The notes beneath the pieces are model-generated. The model worked only from the letters and a program-made list of their open reading frames with translations, searched no databases and was not told where the DNA came from. A DNA stretch of 64,000 nucleotides. Source: Leptospiria bacterium. GTDB lineage: Bacteria; Spirochaetota; Leptospiria; Turneriellales; CBDBES01. Position 1 is the first letter of the stretch; every line of letters begins with the position of its first letter. A program made the translations under genes and the position numbers. This document shows positions 40,483-47,904 of the stretch, piece by piece. The DNA lies in NCBI GenBank assembly GCA_965262015.1, contig OZ253494.1:229308-293307 (forward strand). Direction: 5' to 3'.

Positions 40483-41027
40483 ATGATGAATGAAACCCAA
40501 ACCAGAGCAGAATTGATTGAGCCCAAGCTCAAAGCTAGCGGTTGGGGTGTTGTTGCTGGTGCCAAGATTTTGCGTGAGCATAAGATTACCGATGGTAGGA
40601 TACAGGTGGGCGGTAGTAGAGGCAAGGTATTAAAAGCCGATTATGTGCTAGTGTATAAGGGTATCAAACTAACAGTAGTGGAGGCGAAGAGGGCGAGCTT
40701 GGCAGTGAGCGAGGGTGTGCAGCAAGCAAAAAACTATGCCAAAAGATTAAATGCAGTGATTGCCTACGCTACCAACGGTAGTGAGATTTATAGTATCTGT
40801 ATGCAAATAGGCACAGAGGCTCTAGTGGAGGATTTTCTAAGCCCAGATAAAATGTGGAGCAAGGCATATCCTAAGGATATATCAAGTAAACAAGCCGAGT
40901 ATTGGCAAGACAAATTTACATGAGTACCTTTTGAGAATAAAAGCGACACCTTGCAACTGTGATACTATCAGGAGATTGCTATTAGAAATACTCTACAAGC
41001 TATAGTGCAAAGTAAAAAGCGTATTTT
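40483..41027 (+). pseudogene. 5' fragment of type I restriction enzyme R subunit (hsdR) with two in-frame TGA stops
   Basis: HSDR_N-type N-terminus (NETQTRAELIEPKLKASGWGV..KADYVLVY..VVEAKR). The frame continues past TGA 40921 and TGA 40960 into L*YYQEIAIRNTLQAIVQSKKRIL (helicase motif Q region) and then ends in tail remnant E. Confidence 0.8.
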
Positions 41028-41141
41028 GTATAAATAAATAAAACAGCGGTCAAGCATATTGAAATCCAAATAGATAAGATGGTTTATCAGCTTTACCGCC
41101 TCACGGCTGATGAAATAAAAATCATTGAGGGTGTAAAATAA
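41028..41141 (+). pseudogene. orphan R-M gene 3' tail remnant (copy E)
   Basis: ..AVKHIEIQIDKMVYQLYRLTADEIKIIEGVK*; shares gtataaataaa..aaacagcggtcaagcatattgaaa with copy B. Confidence 0.75.
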
Positions 41142-41236
41142 TTTTTGTTAGATTTGGACTTGACAGATTATAATCAAGCATAACCGTACAATCTTTAGCA
41201 CTAGGATTAGTTATCTACAATGGAGGAGAAACTTAA

Positions 41237-41707
41237 ATGAAATTGAGTGAATGGCTGGGAAAGCGGGGTATGACATCTCTCAAAATTAAAACCTCATTCT
41301 TGGAAATGGAGTTCAAGCCATCTGAACCAGATAAAAAAGCCGCTTGGGACATGTACATAGAGTTGCTTACTCGAATTACAACACAAGTGCTTGGTGATTA
41401 CGATGGAGACGAACAAACAGCATTAACCAGTATTTATTCTATATTCCCTACCACGCAATCTATAATTAAGGATAATGGCAGGGAGTGTATAGAGTTTACA
41501 AAACTTGCAATAGTTGTGTTGAACCAAATAGTGAGGCCATTTACAGCAAAATGGCACAAGATCTCCATTGAAACAGGTTTTAATGACTCTGATGTATGCA
41601 AGCAATTTAGGAATGAACTCCAAGACCTTCAAAAAGTATTAAATACCTACACAGTTATGTTAGCTGATATGGCTGGTGTTGAAGACCTGACCAATCTCGA
41701 GGAATAA
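41237..41707 (+). CDS. hypothetical all-helical protein (156 aa), partner of the TIR-like gene
   Basis: ORF ends 3 nt before the TIR gene start. No family recognised. Contains an R-x6-H string (RPFTAKWH) that could be HEPN-like; this is speculative. Confidence 0.55.
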   Translation: MKLSEWLGKRGMTSLKIKTSFLEMEFKPSEPDKKAAWDMYIELLTRITTQVLGDYDGDEQTALTSIYSIFPTTQSIIKDNGRECIEFTKLAIVVLNQIVRPFTAKWHKISIETGFNDSDVCKQFRNELQDLQKVLNTYTVMLADMAGVEDLTNLEE

Positions 41708-41710
41708 AAT

Positions 41711-42328
41711 ATGAAAAAAATCAGACACAAAGTATTCATAAGTTATCATCATGCTAATGACCAAAAATACAAGGAATATCTTTTACGGCTTAATGAACAT
41801 GGCGATATATTTATAGATGCTTCGGTAGATACTGGTGACGTAAACGAAGAATTATCTGATCAAGGTATACGTCGACTTATACGAGATGATTACTTGCGAG
41901 ACTCAACAGTAACCATTGTTCTTGTTGGAACTGAAACAAAGAATAGAAAACATGTTGATTGGGAAATATACTCAAGCATGTTTGATGGGACTGTAAACAA
42001 AAAATCCGGTGTGCTTGTTATTCAATTACCTACTACGAACTGCACAGAATGTATAGCTGCGCATGGAGATCATGAGAAAGCCATCATCTACCCCAATAGT
42101 AATTGGGTCAATATTGATACCAAAGCTGAATATGAGTCAAAGTATCCATATATGCCTGATAGAATAATTGATAATTTATTACAATCTGGAGCCAAGATTT
42201 CCATAACTAATTGGGATAAAGTCATTGATAATGTTAAAAATTTATGTTTTTTGATTGATGTAACATCTATGGATAGAACTAGTTGCAACTACGATTTGAG
42301 CCAACCGATGAGGCGTGCAAACTCGTAA
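41711..42328 (+). CDS. TIR-like domain protein, ThsB/DUF1863 type (C-terminal 21 aa derived from the 93-bp repeat)
   Basis: KVFISYHHANDQKY..DASVDTGD..SDQGIRRLIRDDYLRDSTVTIVLVGTETKNRKHVDWEIYSS parallels ThsB-type TIR (FxSxHxxD, xVxxVLIGxxTxxRxWVxxEI with the putative catalytic Glu). Confidence 0.75.
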   Translation: MKKIRHKVFISYHHANDQKYKEYLLRLNEHGDIFIDASVDTGDVNEELSDQGIRRLIRDDYLRDSTVTIVLVGTETKNRKHVDWEIYSSMFDGTVNKKSGVLVIQLPTTNCTECIAAHGDHEKAIIYPNSNWVNIDTKAEYESKYPYMPDRIIDNLLQSGAKISITNWDKVIDNVKNLCFLIDVTSMDRTSCNYDLSQPMRRANS

Positions 42329-42353
42329 GATGAAATAAAAATCATTGAGGAGG
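42261..42353 (+). repeat. 93-bp perfect direct repeat, copy 2
   Basis: Identical to 37969-38061; supplies the stop of the TIR ORF and ends 4 nt before the next ATG. Confidence 0.9.
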
Positions 42354-42357
42354 AATA

Positions 42358-42705
42358 ATGACAGAACTTGTAATTCTAGGTGTAGCAGAAATAGCTATCT
42401 TTGCACCGGTAATATTCTTGATTTATAAATACTTTGACAAGAAAAATAGAGAACAACAGCAAAGGGAATTTAAGTATTTTTATCAACTGGTAAAGGACTT
42501 AGTTGAACCAGAGAAGGGTCAAGACATGTATCTTGATCGACAAACAGCGATTATATTTGAATTAAGAAATTTCAAAAGATACCATGAATATTCACTCAGG
42601 ATGTTGAAAGGATTTCTCAAGGATGAACAACGATGGAAAAAAGATAGATATATCGAAGAAATTAAACTTACAATAAGTTTTATTGAAAAAAAAATCAGCG
42701 GATAA
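42358..42705 (+). CDS. small single-pass membrane protein (hypothetical, 115 aa)
   Basis: N-terminal TM helix LVILGVAEIAIFAPVIFLIY, then a charged helical domain. A degraded copy of its first ~20 nt also follows tail copy B at 33783. Confidence 0.5.
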   Translation: MTELVILGVAEIAIFAPVIFLIYKYFDKKNREQQQREFKYFYQLVKDLVEPEKGQDMYLDRQTAIIFELRNFKRYHEYSLRMLKGFLKDEQRWKKDRYIEEIKLTISFIEKKISG

Positions 42706-42727
42706 AAAAAATGATTAATCATCTAAT

Positions 42728-42924
42728 CTCACGAAATAAAAATCATTGAGAATATAAAATGAAACAAGCCGTTTGCACCATTATTGCTAAAATGGTGGAG
42801 GTAGAACAATTTTAGCACATGCTTATTAGGCGAAGAATATTGATTGCAAATGTTTTGTTAATGTCAATTTGATCGCTACTAGCTTGTTGCCTCTTAATCC
42901 AAATCAGCAAAAATAACTGCCAGT
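42728..42924 (+). pseudogene. R-M tail remnant (copy G) plus degraded 5' fragment of a second zeta-like P-loop gene
   Basis: ctcacgaaataaaaatcattgag..ATGA, then MKQAVCTII.. and FVNVNLIATSLLPLNPNQQ.. in shifted frames, paralleling MSKPIYTII..FINADLIAVGLSPLDSTQQ of the 37584 gene. Abuts the nth stop codon. Confidence 0.6.
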
Positions 42925-43581
42925 TTAGACTATATTTTGGGATGCTGAAGGACAAATATCTTGCATGATACAATCCTTACATACTGGATTTTGTGATTTA
43001 CAAAATTTTCTTCCTAAAAATATTAAGTATAAAGGTAGGTCTTTCCAATATTTTTTTGGCAAGAAAGACATGAGATCTTTTTCAATTGTTTCGGGGCTTG
43101 TCTTAGAGGTAAGGCCTAGACGTTGTGTTATACGACGAACATGTGTATCCACTACAATTCCTGGTGTTTTATTAAAAGCAACTGCCATTATAACATTGGC
43201 TGTTTTTCTACCAATTCCTGGTAGTTGAGTTAAAATACTAAAATCATCTGGTATTTTACCATTATATTCTTTAACTAGTATATTAGCTAATTTTTTTAAA
43301 TTGCGTGCTTTATTTTTGTAAAAACCAGTGGAATAGACAATTTCTTCCAGTCTAGAAAGGGTAATTTTGTCTAAAGTAAACATATCAGGACATTCAGTAA
43401 AAAGTAGTTTTGTCACTATATTTACACGGATATCTGTACATTGTGCAGATAAGATCACTGCCATAGATAATTGTTCTACACTATTGTGCTCTAGAGGGGG
43501 CTCTGCTTTACCAAAATAATTGTCTAGTCTGTTAAAGACGATGCCTAAGTAGGGTTCTTTACGATAATTCCTAGCAGTCAT
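42925..43581 (-). CDS. nth: endonuclease III (DNA glycosylase/AP lyase)
   Basis: HhH-GPD motif LPGIGRKTANVIM, VDTHV, C-terminal 4Fe-4S cluster CKSQNPVCKDCIMQDIC. Confidence 0.9.
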   Translation of the reverse strand: MTARNYRKEPYLGIVFNRLDNYFGKAEPPLEHNSVEQLSMAVILSAQCTDIRVNIVTKLLFTECPDMFTLDKITLSRLEEIVYSTGFYKNKARNLKKLANILVKEYNGKIPDDFSILTQLPGIGRKTANVIMAVAFNKTPGIVVDTHVRRITQRLGLTSKTSPETIEKDLMSFLPKKYWKDLPLYLIFLGRKFCKSQNPVCKDCIMQDICPSASQNIV

Positions 43582-43590
43582 AAGTCATCA

Positions 43591-44985
43591 TCAACAATGT
43601 ATCTTGGGTTGCAAAATAATATCTTTTTGACCATAGATTGATAAAGGGATGTAAAGAATATTCTGTGATAAAATAGCATCCAGTAAAAGGTATAAGTTGT
43701 GTTTTTGTCTAGTAGATATCTTTTTTTCATTTAAAAGCTTTTTTACAGATTTATGTCCAAAATTAAGAGAAATTTTATAGTTTTTTGTGATATGCGAAGC
43801 AAGGAATACACTGGGTTGAAGTGAATAGTGAGCAGATTGGTATTGTGTCTTATAGTGTAAGCATGCAGTTTTTGTTTTTTTCTGAATTTTACCCAGTGTA
43901 AAACGGCCTCGTCTAAAAGTAAGGTATAAGCCATTCCAATATTCTAATTCCATGCAAAATGGTGGATGAATAAAATATTTTTTGGATAAAAGTATGCGTA
44001 TTGTTTGGGAAAATCCAGGAAAACCAATATAGCGTAGACATGACATTTTTACTTCTGTCTGTTCAATTGGCTGTAACTGCTTAAAAGTTTCGTAGGGTAT
44101 ACGCACCTCTTGTTCTTCTACTATAAAAATCATATGATGTTTACACCATATATTTGCTTTTTTGTGTTGTAGTAATAACATGTTATTAGCTGTTTTACGT
44201 AAGCCTTGGTAATTTAAAATGGGATATTCGATACGTATCTTATTTCTTAGTATACGACAATCTGTATTAGTTGGGTCATCCCAATATGGTATGTGGTTAT
44301 TTTGTAATAAATCACGTACTTCTTGTCTAAACATGTTGGATAGAGGACGTATGAGGTAATACGTAAAATGATCACTAATGCAAGCGTGGGGCATAAGATG
44401 TGGAAGACTAGAACCTCGATTAATACGCATGATCAAAGTTTCGTACCAGTCAGATAACGTATGGCCTAAGATAATCACACCAGCTGTTTGTTTTCGTAAT
44501 ATAGCAAGAAGTTTTCTACGTATTACAGCACCTGTATATTCAAATGACCAGCCCATTTTTTTAGCTATACCTGGTACATCTTTTTCAATTATCACCCAAT
44601 GTATTGTTAAGCCATGAACTTTACTCAATTGCTTTTTAAAGTAATCAAAAACCCTGGCACGATCTGCCAACATGCTATGCGACATTTGATGATGAATATA
44701 TACAATGGTTAATACACGTTTCTTGCGACAAGAATCTGATGATACATGAATATTCTCCACATCACATTGGTAGTGTAAATGTAGATGAATCAAAAAACAT
44801 AACGAGAGAACAGAGTCGGCACCACCAGAAAAACCCAATAGCCACTCAGGTGATTGATAAAGGCAACTAAGCACCTCGTGGTTATGTAGACTAAGTTTAT
44901 TTAAGAGAGAATCCCAGCTTATACTTTGAAAGAACATCATCAATATCCTGGGTAAAGAGTGCTCGCAAGGCAGCTTCTGTATCAT
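43591..44985 (-). CDS. tilS: tRNA(Ile)-lysidine synthase
   Basis: PP-loop LGFSGGADSV; length and position downstream of pth fit. The N-terminus overlaps pth, so the true start is probably an internal Met (about 44940). Confidence 0.75.
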   Translation of the reverse strand: MIQKLPCEHSLPRILMMFFQSISWDSLLNKLSLHNHEVLSCLYQSPEWLLGFSGGADSVLSLCFLIHLHLHYQCDVENIHVSSDSCRKKRVLTIVYIHHQMSHSMLADRARVFDYFKKQLSKVHGLTIHWVIIEKDVPGIAKKMGWSFEYTGAVIRRKLLAILRKQTAGVIILGHTLSDWYETLIMRINRGSSLPHLMPHACISDHFTYYLIRPLSNMFRQEVRDLLQNNHIPYWDDPTNTDCRILRNKIRIEYPILNYQGLRKTANNMLLLQHKKANIWCKHHMIFIVEEQEVRIPYETFKQLQPIEQTEVKMSCLRYIGFPGFSQTIRILLSKKYFIHPPFCMELEYWNGLYLTFRRGRFTLGKIQKKTKTACLHYKTQYQSAHYSLQPSVFLASHITKNYKISLNFGHKSVKKLLNEKKISTRQKHNLYLLLDAILSQNILYIPLSIYGQKDIILQPKIHC

Positions 44986-45505
44986 TAATAGTTTCCAGCA
45001 CTGCCATATTCTCCTGTACAGTAAAATCAGCCTGAAGATGTTTTTGTCGTTGTTCTTCAGCTAACTCTTGTTCTTTAAATCCAATACCAATACGTATTCT
45101 AACAAACTGGGTTGATTTAAGCGCCACTTGAATGGATTGTATTCCTAGATGTTCTGATTCTATAGGGCCTCGGGTAAGATATACTTCACCAAAAGGCAGA
45201 GTATAGTCATCATGAATGATAATAATCTCTTTGACAGAAATTTTGAGAAATGAGGCAATGTAGAGAACAGCCTCCCCACTGAGTTCAGCAAAAGTTTGTG
45301 GTTTTAGTAAAACAATTTCCTGATCTTCAAACACACCCCTACCCAAGAGTGACTTTTTTTTCTTGGCTTTTATACGAATATTCATGTTATTCGCAAAAAC
45401 ATCAATAGCTCGAAAACCAATATTACGCCTGTTATTAATATATTTGTCACCGGGATTGCCCAGACCAATTACCAACTTTAGGGGTATCAGACTACGTTTA
45501 GGCAT
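44897..45505 (-). CDS. pth: peptidyl-tRNA hydrolase
   Basis: LVIGLGNPGDKYINNRRNIGF, conserved order prs-rplY-pth. Confidence 0.9.
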   Translation of the reverse strand: MPKRSLIPLKLVIGLGNPGDKYINNRRNIGFRAIDVFANNMNIRIKAKKKKSLLGRGVFEDQEIVLLKPQTFAELSGEAVLYIASFLKISVKEIIIIHDDYTLPFGEVYLTRGPIESEHLGIQSIQVALKSTQFVRIRIGIGFKEQELAEEQRQKHLQADFTVQENMAVLETINDTEAALRALFTQDIDDVLSKYKLGFSLK

Positions 45506-45517
45506 GTAATATTTCTC

Positions 45518-46132
45518 CTAACTGCCGTCTTGTAGTTCATCTTCATTTTCCACTGAGACTGCTTCACTTTCTAATTTAGCCGAAACAGAGATGTGGCATA
45601 CGGTAACGTCGTTATTCAGGAATAGTTTCGTGTCTGAGGGAAGAATGATATCTCTTATGTGTATAGCATCACCAATATTCAGTGAAGAAATATCTACCTC
45701 GATGTATGCAACAAGATCTTTAGGTAGCATTTCAACTTCTAGTTCAGATAGAAATGTTTCCAATACACCCCCTTCTTTAACTCCAGGTGGTTTGCCTATC
45801 AATTTTAAAGAAATATGTGTCCTTACTTTTTCACCGAAAGTTACTTTATAGAAATCAATATGGATGATCTCACTTGTAATAGGGTGTACCTCATAATCCT
45901 TAATAAAAGCAGTTTCCTGAGTCTTACCTAAATCAAGTGATATTAATGTAGATTCCGAAATCCCTTGAGAAAATAAGTGAAGCATATCTTTCTTTGCTAC
46001 TTCAATGTGTTGAGTTTTCCCATGGCTATATAAAACAGCAGGAATAAAACCTAACTTTAAAAGATTTTTTGCACGAATATCTTTACTGCGTTTCCTCGTT
46101 TGTAGTGTAATGTTATTTTGTGTTGTTTGCAT
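45518..46132 (-). CDS. rplY: 50S ribosomal protein L25 (Ctc form)
   Basis: R..GFIPAVLY..G....I pattern, ~200-aa two-domain length, acidic tail, located between prs and pth. Confidence 0.85.
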   Translation of the reverse strand: MQTTQNNITLQTRKRSKDIRAKNLLKLGFIPAVLYSHGKTQHIEVAKKDMLHLFSQGISESTLISLDLGKTQETAFIKDYEVHPITSEIIHIDFYKVTFGEKVRTHISLKLIGKPPGVKEGGVLETFLSELEVEMLPKDLVAYIEVDISSLNIGDAIHIRDIILPSDTKLFLNNDVTVCHISVSAKLESEAVSVENEDELQDGS

Positions 46133-46149
46133 CTATAAACCTCCTTCTA

Positions 46150-47091
46150 TTAAACAAACAAAGAGCTAACAGATTCTTCATTATGAATCCTCAGGATAGC
46201 CTCGCCAATCAAAGAGGCAACCGATATCTGTCTGATTTTATTAATCAGTTTTCCCCCTGGTAGTTGAATACTGTCTGTTATAATGACTTCTTCTATGTTG
46301 GCTTGCTCAATGCGTTTCTGAGCGTTGCCTGATAAAACACCATGTGTACTAAGCACTCGTACAGATAATGCACCAGCATCTGTAAGAGCCTGTCCAGCTT
46401 TACATACTGTACCAGCTGTATCAATAATATCATCTACAATAATACAGTGTTTATTAGATACATCCCCAACAATATTCATGACTTCAGATTGATTTTTTGA
46501 ATGTCTCCTCTTATCTACAATGGCAATCTCAGAGTCTAAATGTTTAGCAAAAAAGCGTGCTCTTTCTGTACCACCTGTATCAGGTGACACAATTACTATG
46601 GGTTTGAGACTAAGAGTACGTACATATTTAATAAACATAGGGGCAGCAAATAAATGATCTACTGGGATATCAAAAAAACCTTGTATGGGATCAGCATGCA
46701 GATCCATACATAAAATACGATCAGCACCTGTTATTTCAATAATATTAGCTACTACCTTGGCGGATATTGGCACACGAGGTTCGGACTTTCTCTCCTGTCG
46801 GGAATAGCCATAATAGGGCATAACGACAGTAATACGTCTAGCAGATGCCCGACGAAAAGCATCAATTAAAAGCAGTAGCTCTACAATAAAATTATTCACT
46901 GGACGAGATGTAGACTGCACAATAAAGATATCCATTCCTCTTACGTTATCCAGTATTTTTACAAGGGTTTCTCCATCAGAGAAACAAGAGATTTCTATTT
47001 TTCCCATTTCAAAACCAATCGCATCAACTATCTTTTCGCATAGAGGAATATTTGAATTCCCACTAAAGATTTTTAGAGTATCATTTATCAT
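46150..47091 (-). CDS. prs: ribose-phosphate pyrophosphokinase
   Basis: IFSGNSN..L, YYGYSRQERK, PRPP-binding loop CIIVDDIIDTAGT. Confidence 0.95.
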   Translation of the reverse strand: MINDTLKIFSGNSNIPLCEKIVDAIGFEMGKIEISCFSDGETLVKILDNVRGMDIFIVQSTSRPVNNFIVELLLLIDAFRRASARRITVVMPYYGYSRQERKSEPRVPISAKVVANIIEITGADRILCMDLHADPIQGFFDIPVDHLFAAPMFIKYVRTLSLKPIVIVSPDTGGTERARFFAKHLDSEIAIVDKRRHSKNQSEVMNIVGDVSNKHCIIVDDIIDTAGTVCKAGQALTDAGALSVRVLSTHGVLSGNAQKRIEQANIEEVIITDSIQLPGGKLINKIRQISVASLIGEAILRIHNEESVSSLFV

Positions 47092-47093
47092 AT

Positions 47094-47888
47094 TTAGCGA
47101 GATAATGTACCTATGCTGGTCAAATCATCCAGAGGGTAGGTGGACACTTGTTCAAGATGCTCCTGTGAATTAATACCAACAAATTGTTTAGGAAACTTGC
47201 ATAGAAAAGTGATTACATTTAGATTTTTTTTGATAAAGGCTTGTATCACATCTGTTAAGTAGATCTCATTTTGTGCATTCTGGGGGTTTAAATTCTTTAA
47301 AGTTTTCCATAGATATTCTTGTTCACAAAGTAAAGCACCCGTATTCACTTCTTTAATGCTTCTTTCTTCCTTGGTCTTTATATCTTTTTCTTCAACAATA
47401 TAGGACACATTCATTTTATCTCGTCGTACAATTCTACCATAACCCGTGGGATTGTCCATTTGAGTGGTGAAAATTAATGCACTAGGTCGTTCATTATGGA
47501 AAAGCATAATCCCATCAGTTAATGTTGTCTCTTGTATATTAGGAACGTCACCCATTAAAATTAAGATATGAGATAGATTGCTAAAGAGAGTTTCTTGTGC
47601 ACATAAAACTGCGTGTCCAGTTCCTTTTTGTTCTTCTTGAACAGCAAACCGGATGTTCATAATAGGATTTTTAAGACACCAAGCTTCAACGGCAATATGT
47701 ACAAGTTCTTTTTGATGGCCTACAACAACAACAACGTGATAGATTCCTATATTCAGCAGACGCTCTAGTATATGTAATATTAGAGGTTTACCATGTAAAA
47801 GAGAAAGGACTTTCGGAGACTTGCTCTGCATTCTGCTACCCTTACCTGCGGCAAGAATACATACTTGTATATCATTATAAGTAGGCAT
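47094..47888 (-). CDS. sugar-1-phosphate nucleotidyltransferase resembling the GlmU N-terminal (uridyltransferase) domain only
   Basis: ILAAGKGSRMQSKSPKVL, YGR, EVNTG. Only 264 aa with no left-handed beta-helix hexapeptide domain. Occupies the glmU position upstream of prs. Confidence 0.7.
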   Translation of the reverse strand: MPTYNDIQVCILAAGKGSRMQSKSPKVLSLLHGKPLILHILERLLNIGIYHVVVVVGHQKELVHIAVEAWCLKNPIMNIRFAVQEEQKGTGHAVLCAQETLFSNLSHILILMGDVPNIQETTLTDGIMLFHNERPSALIFTTQMDNPTGYGRIVRRDKMNVSYIVEEKDIKTKEERSIKEVNTGALLCEQEYLWKTLKNLNPQNAQNEIYLTDVIQAFIKKNLNVITFLCKFPKQFVGINSQEHLEQVSTYPLDDLTSIGTLSR

Positions 47889-47904
47889 TTGTCTCTACTA
47901 ACTA

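Noticed and set aside
40921-40962. The two in-frame TGA codons in hsdR as evidence of TGA recoding (Trp or Sec)
   Set aside because: Many well-conserved genes in the window terminate at TGA (for example pdhA and the type IIG gene), and Trp is encoded by TGG throughout. L*YYQ fits a CGA>TGA nonsense mutation in a decaying gene that is also truncated.
41711-42328. A complete canonical Thoeris system
   Set aside because: No ThsA (SIR2, Macro/TM or SLOG) gene is present anywhere in the window, so only the TIR-like component is called.
24911-42924. An integrase, recombinase or transposase inside the island
   Set aside because: None of the ORFs or obvious remnants shows tyrosine/serine recombinase or DDE motifs by eye. 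A degraded remnant cannot be excluded without a profile search.
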